64,000 nucleotides of DNA from positions 103,170,001 through 103,234,000 of the forward strand of contig NC_086108.1 in NCBI RefSeq assembly GCF_963921235.1, in the 5' to 3' direction. Below, one piece after another: positions 27,851 to 37,242 of this stretch; position 1 is the stretch's first letter, and each line of letters starts with the position of its first letter. The position numbers were made by a program, and so were the translations under genes. The notes beneath the pieces were generated by a model that worked only from the letters and a program-made list of their open reading frames with translations, searched no databases and was not told the DNA's origin. The stretch is from Mobula hypostoma (taxonomy: Eukaryota).

Positions 27851-28002
27851 TCAAAGTTGCTGGTGAACGCAGCAGGCCAAGCAGCATCTATAGGAAGAGG
27901 CGCAGTCGACGTCAGTCCTGACGAAGGGTCTCGGCCTGAAACGTCGACTGCGCCTCTTCCTATAGATGCTGCTTGGCCTGCTGCGTTCACCAGCAACTTT
28001 GA
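27851..28002. repeat. Perfect 62 bp inverted repeat of a Penelope-type terminal unit
   Basis: 27851-27912 is the exact reverse complement of 27941-28002, with a 28 nt spacer. Confidence 0.93.
27913..27950 (+). ncRNA. Minimal type I hammerhead ribozyme motif (Penelope-associated)
   Basis: CAGTC-CTGACGA-A-GGGTCTCGGCCT-GAAA-C-GTC-GACTG: stem I CAGUC/GACUG, CUGANGA and GAAA core boxes, stem II hairpin, GUC cleavage triplet, loopless AC/GU stem III. Confidence 0.72.
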
Positions 28003-28866
28003 CATACACAGACATCTAACCCACATTCCTTGGCCTCCAGCAGACTCTGATTCAGATGCAGATTCACAGATCCACAGCGTCAGAAAACGGGTTGACTTCT
28101 GGACTGTAATCTTCTCTTTGAATATTGAATGAATGGCTGAACTTGCACAAGCACAAGAGCCTTAGACTTATCAATAATCCTGTCCCATTGTTGAAAGCTC
28201 TCCTCCTTTTAGACAGTGCCCAGCTGCCTTTGTACACATCTGGTGAAGTATCAGATCTACTACTTTTATCACTACTCCCGACTTTTGTAGTTGTCATACT
28301 GCTATTGGATCAGTTTAGAAAAAAAAACTTTTAAAAAAACATTCCAGTCAAAATAAATGTATTATGAAAGTACATATATACTACCATTTTCTAACAAGCA
28401 TTTACAGGACAATGAAGAAATACAACAGAATTTATGAAAAACTATAAATAGAGGCTGACAAGTAACCAATGTGCAAAAGACAAATTCAAGTCAAGTTTAT
28501 TGTCATTTAACTATAAACATGTATGTAATGCAAATAAAAATAAATAAATAAATAGAATTATACTGAGAACATGTTGTAGAATCCTTGCAAGTGAAACTAT
28601 AGGTTGTAGAATCAGTTCAGTGTGTGGTGAATGACATTATCCTCACAGGTTCAGAGGTCTGATGGTAGAAGGGTAATAACTGTTCCTGAACCAGGTGGTG
28701 TGGGACCCAAGACTCCTGTACCTGATGGTAGCAGCAAGGAGAGAGCACGACCTGGACAGTGGTGGTCCTTGATGATAAATGCTGCTTTCTTGTGGCAGTG
28801 CTCCTTGCAAATGTGCTCAATGCTTTGCCTGTAATTGATTGGACTGTATCCAATATTTTATGTCAA

Positions 28867-29181
28867 AAAGGCATCCGTCAGTCTTGCGAGACCATGGATC
28901 TGCGCCCGGAAAGTCTTCACTCTCCAGGGCGCAGGCCTGGGCAAGGTTGTATGGAAGAGACCACCAGTTGCCCATGCTGCAAGTCTCCCCTCTCCACGAC
29001 ACCAATGTTGTCCAAGGGAAGGGCATTAGGACCCATACAGCTTGGCACCAGTGTCGTCGCAGAGCAATGTGTGATTAAGTGCCTTGCTCAAGGACACAAC
29101 ACGTCGCCTCGGCTGGGTCTCGAACTCACGACCTTCAGGTCGTTAGTCCAATGCCTTAACCACTTGGCCACGTGCCCACAC
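28867..29181 (-). mobile_element. tRNA-derived SINE, same head and core as 32968-33254
   Basis: Minus-strand A-box TGGCCAAGTGG and B-box GTTCGAGAC. 12 bp TSD ATTTTATGTCAA at 28855-28866 and 29182-29193. Confidence 0.87.
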
Positions 29182-29269
29182 ATTTTATGTCAAGAATAGC
29201 ATAATACAGTATAGTTCTGTCAGGAATCATCTAATAGTATACATAGACACCGATAGCAAGCAGACTTAC

Positions 29270-29442
29270 CTCTGCTCAATTTCAGTATCATTTGGCATTA
29301 GCTGGATGACGTCAGTAGTTATTTCCACCTTGCGCACACTGCCGAAGAAATCTGTAATGAGAACATCTCTGGGGTTCCTTTGAAACAGGTCAGTCCTGTG
29401 CCCCGGGGTAGAAACACACAGACTTGGGGGGCAGACGTTGAA
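29270..29442 (-). CDS. PIGK: PIGK coding exon (equivalent to exon 9), 173 bp
   Basis: Reads FNVCPPSLCVSTPGHRTDLFQRNPRDVLITDFFGSVRKVEITTDVIQLMPNDTEIEQ. CAG acceptor, GTAAGT donor; ends in phase 2. Confidence 0.96.
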
Positions 29443-29653
29443 CTGGAAGGCATCAGAAACCAGCAGTTATTATGGAGGAAACAACTCTGTGTGAATTAGA
29501 ACAAAGTTCAAGTGTTCAAAAGTGTACACACACACAAGATACAAAGCCCTGACTTCAGTGGTAGTACTATGTAATGTTCCTGTTAGCAAGTTGAACCAAA
29601 ACAATTAGTAAGACAAAAGGCTGATTGAAATAAGCCCTTCAGCCCACCTAATC

Positions 29654-29905
29654 TAGTGGTCACCAACCTCCAGGCCGCGGACCGATACATTGCCACGAAG
29701 AATGCAGTGGTGCAGCGGTAGCCGTAACGCACCCAGCTCATCTTTAAGAAAAATCTGAAATAAACAAGCTAAGCCGCCTAATTAATTAGCTTGTTTATTT
29801 CAGCTTTTTTCTTAAAGATGTGCTGGGTGCGTTCTGACTACCACTGCACCACTGCATTCTTCACGGCAATGTATCGGTCCGCGGCCCGGAGGTTGGGGAC
29901 CACTG
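29654..29905. mobile_element. hAT (Charlie-like) foldback MITE
   Basis: Ends TAGTGGTCACCAACC… / …GGTTGGGGACCACTG; near-complete palindrome. 8 bp TSD ACCTAATC / ATCTAATC. Confidence 0.85.
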
Positions 29906-31899
29906 ATCTAATCTGTGCCAAACTATTATTCTGCCTCCAACTGGACCATAGCCCTCCATTACCCCCTACCCCTCCCATTCATATACTTATCCAAACTTCT
30001 CTTAGATGTTGAAATCAAACCCATATCTACTACTTCTGCTGGATGTTCATTCCACACACACCACTCTCTGAGTGAAGAAGTTCTCCCTCAGGTTCCCCCT
30101 AAATATTTCAGCTTTCACCCTTATCCTATGACCTCCAGTTCCAATCTCACCCAACCTCAGTGGGGAAAAAAATCTGATTGCATTTACCCTGTCTAAATTC
30201 CTCAAAATTTAGTGTACACCTATCAAATTCTCTCCTCATTCTCCAATGCTCCAAGGAATAAGGTCCCAACCTATTCAGCCTTTCCCTATAACTTAAGTCC
30301 TCATGTCTCGGCAACATTCTTGTAAATTTTCTCTGTACTCTTTCAACCTTATTGATACCTTTCCTGTACGTAGGTGATCAGAACTGCACACAATATTCCA
30401 AATTAGGCCTCACAAATGTAAATCCATCTTCACACTACTAGTGTGACTCTGTAGGAAATAATGACTGTTAAATAAATCACTGAACCAACAATCTGCCTGG
30501 CTTGGGCATGCAAAACATAAATCGCAGGCCACTGTTTCAAAGAGCCTTCATGTCCAAACTAGTTTAACCATCAATCAATACCACAGAGACAGTGCTGCTC
30601 AGTATTTTCATGTTACTCTCTGGATGCTTGGCACATTTCCTAGTTTAAAGCAGTACTTCAAGTAAAGCACTTAATTGGTTGCAGAGTGCTTCCATGCACA
30701 ATATAAATACAAATCTTACTTAAATGGCAATCACTTCTGGCTTTAAACCAGGACTTGAGGATCTCAGTTGGAATAGAGTATTATTGATGGCCTTGCATAT
30801 TGGGGAAACAGAAAGGTCTTGAACACATAGAAAAACATGGCATCATTTGAAGACGGGTTAATTAAAACATGAACCAACATTCCCTCACAAAACAAGTACA
30901 AATTAATCAGGCACTGCTATTTCCAGAACCCAGTAATCTGTTAAATAGCTAATACAATTATGTATACCACTAATTGCTGAAGGAAACAATTCATTTTAGA
31001 TGGTTTTGAAACATTTAAATACACGATTATTACACTTTTAACAGCTTCTTAAAAATTCAAATAGTCTACTTATTTATAATTTATAGATCAATAAAGGACA
31101 ATTGCCATAAGAATCAACTTAAGCAGAGATACATCGATCTTTGATTCCAGTTAATTATCAAAACCATGCCCACGTTCAATATCCATCATTCAATATAAAA
31201 GGACAATTGAGGGCTTTCTGTCCTGACTGTTCACACACTCCATTTTATCCAAAGTTGAAAGTAAACATTAGGACTGTCATCTTCTCTTCAGAAGCAGGAG
31301 TTAATGAGTACGTGTGGGCCTATGCATCTTGGACAAAATTGATAAAAACAAAGATTCTGCAGATTCTAGAAATCCAGACACAGTAACACACAAAAATGTT
31401 GCAGGAATTCAGCAGGTCTGGCAGCATATATGGAAAGAAATAAACAGTCAACGTTTCAGGCCGAGACACTCAACAGGACTAGAAAGTATGCGGACAGAAG
31501 CCAGCATAAGAAGGTGAAAGAAGGGGCAAGTGTTGCCTGTTTATAGCCGCTCAGGAGAGCGCTGTCGGAGTGGGTGTGCTCTACCAGAGGCGATGTGGCT
31601 CGGCATCCAGGCTGGAGTCAGTGCTGCCCCCAGTGTTCGCTCGGCAGAAGACAAGCTGAATTGCGGTTGAATGCAAACTGCTGCAACATTCATAGACTCG
31701 GGGTCTTGGGTTATTTATTTTTGTGTGACTGGATTTTACTGATATCTAATACTTGCTTGCTATCTTATATGTGCCTTGTGCTGTGTACAACTGCTGGTAT
31801 GACTGCTGCGTTTTGCACCTTGGCCCCCAGAATAAAACTGTTTCGTTTGTCTGTATTTATGTATGGTTGAATGACAATTAAACTTGACGATGATATCAA

Positions 31900-34405
31900 A
31901 ACAGAAATAGGTCAGTTGGTCCATCTAGTCTGCCTTGCAATTTCATCATGGCTGATCCAATTTTCCTCTCAAACCAAATCCCCATATCCCTTCATGCCCC
32001 GACCAGTGATGAATATATCAAACTCTGCCTTAAAGACTTGGCTTCCACAGCTGCCTGTGGCAAAGAATTCCACAGATTCACCACTCTCTGGCTGAAGAGA
32101 TTTCTCCTCATCTCCATTCTAAAAGGATACCCCTATATTCTGAGGCTGTGTCCTCTGGTCTTAGACTCTCACCATAAGAAACATCCTCTCCACATCCACT
32201 CTATCAATACCTTTCACCATTTGATAGATTTCAATGAGGTCACCCCTCATTCTTCTGAATTCTAGTGAATATAGGCCTAGAGCCATCAAAGACTCTTCAC
32301 ACGACGAGCCATTCAATCCTGGAATTATTTTCATGAATCTTCTTTGAACCCTCTCAAGTTTCAGCAGATCCTTATTAAGATAAGGATTACAATATTCCAA
32401 GTGAGGCCTTACCAGCGCTTTATAAAGCCTCAATATTACATCCTTACTTTTATATTTTAGTCTTGAAACGAATGCTAACATTGCATTTGCCTTCTTTGCC
32501 ACAGACTTGCAAGTTAACTTTTAAGGATTCCTGCACAAGGACTCCCAAGTCCCTTTGCGCCTCAAATTTTTGTGTTTTCTCTCCACTTAGAAAACAGTCA
32601 ACCCTTTCATTTCTTCTACCAAGGTGCATGACCATACACTTCCCAACATTGCATGCATCTGCCATTTCTTTGCCCATTCTCCTAATGTGTCTAAGTCCTT
32701 CAATAGCCTCTCTACTTCCTCAAAACCACCTGTTCCTCTAGCTATTTTCATATCATCTGCAAACTTTGCAACAAAGCCATCAATTCCATCATCCAAATCA
32801 CTGAAAAACAACATAAAAAGAATCAGTCCCAATGCAACCTCTTTGGAACACCACTAACCTCCGGCCATCAGCCAGAAAAGGCTCTCTTTGTTCCCAGTCT
32901 TTGCTTCCTGCCCATCAGCCACAGATTTACCCATGCTAGAATCTTTCCTGTAATACCATGAGCTCATTGTGTGGTGCGTGGACAAGTGGTTAAGGTGTCG
33001 GTCTAGTGATCTGAAGGTCGCTAGTTCGAGCCTCCGCTGGGGCAGCATATTGTGTTCTTGAGCAAGGCACCTAATCACACATTGCTCTGCGACAACACCG
33101 GCGCCAAGCTGTATGGGTCCTAGTGCCCTTCCCTTGAACAACATCGGTGGTGTGGAGAGGGGAGACTTGCAGCATGGGCAACTGCCGGTCTTCCATATAA
33201 CCTTGCCCAGGCCTCAGTCAACATCGAAAATCGATGGACAGCCGAAGAAGATAAGAGCTCATAGTTTGCTTAGCAGTCTCATGTGTGACACCTTGTCAAA
33301 AGCCTTCTGAAAATCCAAGTACACAACATCAACCAATTCTCCTTTGTCTATGCCGCTTCTAACTTCTTCAAAGAATTTCTACTGATTTGTCAGGCAAGAT
33401 TTTCACTTGAGGATACCATGCTGACTATGGCCTATTTTATCATGTGACTCCAGTATCCCAAAACCACATCCTTAGCAATCAACCCCCACATTTGCTGAGG
33501 TCAGACTAACTGGTCCATAGTTTCTTTTCTTCTGCCTCTCTCCCTTCTTGAAGAGTGGAGTGACATTTACTATTTTCTAGTCTTCTGAAACCATTCTAGA
33601 ATCTAGTGATTCTTGAAAAATCATTACCAATGCCTCCACTATCTCTTCAGCCACCTCTTTCAGGTGTATACCAACTGGTCCAGGTGACTTATCTACCTTC
33701 AGACATTTCAGTTTCCCAAAAAACTTCTCTCTAGTGTTGGTAGCTTCATACAATTCATGTCCCCTGACACCTGGAACTTCCGTCACACTGCTTGTGCCTT
33801 CCATAGTGAAGACTGATGTAAAATACTTATTCAGTTTGTCTGCCATTTCCCTGTTCCCCGTAACTACCTCTCCAGCATTGTTTTCCAGTGGTCCAACACC
33901 CACTCTCACCTCTCTTTTACACTTTATGTTTCTGAATTAACTTCAGGTATACGCTTTAATATTATTAGCTATTTTCATATTCCATTTTTACCATCTTAAT
34001 GAGTTTTTTAGTTGCCTTCTGTTGGTATTTGGAAGCTTCCTATTCCTCGAACTTCCCACAAATTTTTGCTCTATTATATGCTCTCTCTTTGGCTTTTATG
34101 TTAGCTTTGACTTCTCTTGTTGACCACGAGTATGTCACCTTTCTTTTAGGATAGTTCTTCCTCTCTGGAATGTCTATATCCTGTGCCTTCCGAGTTGCTT
34201 CCAGAAATTCCAGCCATTGCTGCTCTGCCGCCAACCCTGCCGGTGTTCTTTTCCAATCAATTCTGGCTAATTCTCTCTCATGCCTCTGTAATTCCCTTTA
34301 CTCCACTGTAATACTCATACATCAGACTTTAGCTTCTCCTCATAATTTCAGAGTGAATTCAATCATATTATGATCACTTGCCCCTAAGGGTTCTTTTAAA
34401 GCCTC
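31900..34405 (-). mobile_element. Degenerate CR1 LINE, ~2.5 kb, with a nested SINE
   Basis: Fragmented ORFs: ADKLNKYFTSVFT, KSPGPVGIH, VAKFADDMKI, KKANAMLAF…LYKALVRPHLEYC. Confidence 0.85.
32968..33254 (+). mobile_element. tRNA-derived SINE with a CORE-like body
   Basis: A-box TGGACAAGTGG, B-box GTTCGAGCC, CTTGAGCAAGGCAC core-like motif and GAAGAAGA tail. TSD GAGCTCAT at 32960-32967 and 33255-33262. Confidence 0.85.
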
Positions 34406-34439
34406 CGATCAATTCTGGTTCACTGCACTTGAGCTGAAC

Positions 34440-34880
34440 TTCACTACAATCTGGCAGATGACAGGTGAAGCCAAGTAAGGGGGAAGGTAGGTGGGTGGTG
34501 GGAGGGGTCTGAAGTGAGAAGCTGGGAGGCGATTGGGGGGATGAGGCAAAGGTCTGAAGGAGGAATAATCTGATAGGAGAGGAGAATGAGACTTAGGAGA
34601 AAGGGGATGAGGATAGACACCAAAGGGAGATGACAGCCAGGTGAGAAAAGAAGGTGTAAGAGGGGAAATAGAATGGGGAATGATAAAAGATAGAAGGGGA
34701 AGGGGAAACATTACTGGATTAGAAAAATCGATGTTCAAGCCATTAAGTTGGAGGCTACCCAGTCAGAATATGAGATTTTGCTCCTACAACCTGAGATTGG
34801 CCTCACTGTGGCAGTAGAGAAGGCCATGGCCCAAAATGTCAGAATGGGAATGGGGAGTGGATTTAAAATAGTTGGCCACC
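34440..34880 (-). mobile_element. Penelope-like 3' fragment
   Basis: Reverse-strand homolog of 16266-16700 (…NIDFSN… plus the UTR, purine-rich on the + strand). Confidence 0.7.
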
Positions 34881-36234
34881 AGGATAATGGTTGGACAAAA
34901 TTGAGCCATTTATGCCTGATACACCCTGACCAACCTCAAACCTGAACAGTGGTTAGCTTGGAGAACAGATGGAGGGTGGTCATAAGAACACGATGGTAAG
35001 AAGCAAATCACAATATTAAGGAGTTACACAGAGGAATGAAACCATTCATTTCATCCCTCTGAGCAAATCCGTTACCCCTCCAGGATCTACAGATCTCTAA
35101 CAACTTGAACATTACAGAACCCAAAATCATTTGGTGTTTAGGAGCTGGAATATTCAGTCATCAGATATTGCCCTCTGCCAAACCTGAAGTGCCTCACTAG
35201 CCAATACTCTGCCTCAAAAACTGGCATGAAAACAAAGTCAAAAGTTCAAAATTTTGCTTCTTCTTGGTAACTTCTTAGGGGAATCATGGGAACACACACC
35301 AACCCTCATCAAGGGGTCAGCAGTGGAAAGGGTGAGCAGTTTCAAGTTCCTGGGTATCAACATCTCTGAAGATTTATCCTGGGCCCAATTATGAAGAAGG
35401 CACAACCGCAGCTATATTTCATTAGGAGTTTGAGGAGGTTTGGTATGTTACCAAGAATCCAGCAAATTTCTACAGTTGTACTGTAGAAAAGCTTCTGACT
35501 GATTACATCGCTGTCTGGTATGGAGAGTCACCGCACAGGATCGCGAAAAGCTGCAGAGAGTGCAAACTCAGTCAGCTCCATCTCCTTAGCATCGAGGACA
35601 TCTTCAAAAGGCAATGCCTCAAGAAGGTGACATCCTTTTTTTTAAAATTTTATTTTTATTTGGATAAGGAATTCACAAGTATCATGTACTTTTTTCACAT
35701 GTATAACCTTTTCCATTTTTTTTATATGTATAAAACTATAATTATACATTCTTAAGTACACATTGAGATGATATAAAAAGAAATTAGACACTTAAATAGA
35801 TAATTATGCCTAATCTATTAGGCTAAGTAATGGTATTAATTGTTAAGAAAAATAGTAATAATAGTGGATTAGTAATAGTTTCCATACATCTCTTCTGGAA
35901 CATTTCTTCTGGTCCAAAATGTTGTATGTAAGCCTATGTAACAACCATTGTAGGTGTTTATATCCTAACTTGTTCATACTTGCTCCTGCCCCCAAACATA
36001 ATTATCCAATCCCTACGTACTTATTTACTTAATTTTATCATTTTTTATCCCTTACCCAAATCTTTTCCTTTACTTCTATTAATTCTCTATTTTCCAAAAA
36101 AAAACAAAAACAGTAAACATTTAGACTAGAGGTGCTTATGTTAGCAATATTACTGTGTTGATTAGAAGAGCAGTATAAATCATTAGGAGAGTCATCTAAA
36201 GTCTGCTCGCATTGGTGTTATATATTCAACCCAT

Positions 36235-37143
36235 TGTGACGAAAGAGGGTTACAAAAGTACACATAGACTAAGGTGTTAACTGTCCTGTGCTGGCACCAG
36301 TGGGATCAACAGTTGATCTGCCACCTGTCTTCAGGAGAGAGAGATAAGTAAGACAATGGAGTAGCATTTCGAAATGTTAATGAAGAGACGAGAGAGTTTA
36401 ACGGAAGGAGACACCGGTCTGAGTATTGTCAAGACCGGCTCCTTTTGAACCCTGAACTGTTTGAAGTGTGATGGACAGGCGATACCCCAGCAGGGGGATA
36501 AAAAGGGGCAGGTTCGCTAAGACACCACATACACGACACCACGAGGTAACGAGACCCTGGAAGCAGTGCGCCCCCACAAGTCGGTGGGAGTTTTGGAGGT
36601 CTGGTCGCGGGACCAGCCATAGACGCACAGGGTGGAAAGATACGGTCGGCGGGAACCTAGTGTGTGTCCGCCCTTGCCTGGGTGCCGGGTTCACCGCTGA
36701 AGAACGATCATGTCTGGAACGGAGGGGTCACAGTCGGTGACCTCAGAAGACATTACAAAGGGCTCGCCCGAAAGCTGATTGCGAGGAATATCGAAGGTCT
36801 GTTTGGAATCCGATTTGAATATTCATTCGTTCTCTCTCCTCCCCCCCCCGCCCCTAACGGCACAACAGTGATTACTGTGAACTGAACTGAACTCAATTGA
36901 ACTGAACTTTGCGTCACTTGAAACTGGTCATTTACCCCTAGACGGCGATAGAGCTTGATTGATCCTATTATCCTAGTTCTGTGAACATGTGTGTTTATCA
37001 TTGCTGAACTGTTGCATTTATTATCCTTTCGATTACTGTGTTGCTTATTTCTTTAATAAAACTTCCTTAGTTCCAGTAATCCAGACTCCAACTGAGGGGT
37101 CCATTTCTGCTGGTTTGGCAACCCAGTTACGGGGTACGTAACA
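36235..37143 (+). repeat. 5' LTR
   Basis: Direct repeat of 40268-41177 with TG...CA termini. AATAAA near 37055 and a (TGAAC)n-like run near 36880. Confidence 0.95.
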
Positions 37144-37147
37144 TAAG

Positions 37148-37166
37148 TGGGGTTCTCATCCGCGAT
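37148..37166 (+). other. Primer-binding site, degenerate, tRNA-Pro type
   Basis: TGGGGTTCTCATCCGCGAT begins 4 nt after the 5' LTR and resembles TGGGGGCTCGTCCGGGAT, the complement of the tRNA-Pro 3' end. Confidence 0.7.
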
Positions 37167-37242
37167 TTTGAACGCTAAATTTGGGACAGGGTAAATTGAT
37201 TGGGTTAAAATTCCCAAAAGAAAGAAAAGGCAAACAGCAGAA

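Noticed and set aside
27641..28132. 163 aa ORF with an internally mirrored peptide on both strands
   Set aside because: An artefact of the perfect DNA palindrome plus flanking repeats.
32968..33045. tRNA-like sequence with A/B boxes (also ~29105-29181 and ~12335-12408)
   Set aside because: These continue into SINE bodies, two of them with TSDs, so they are SINE heads and not tRNA genes.
36398..37001. ORFs duplicated at 40422-41030
   Set aside because: They lie inside the LTRs, so the duplication simply reflects the LTR pair.
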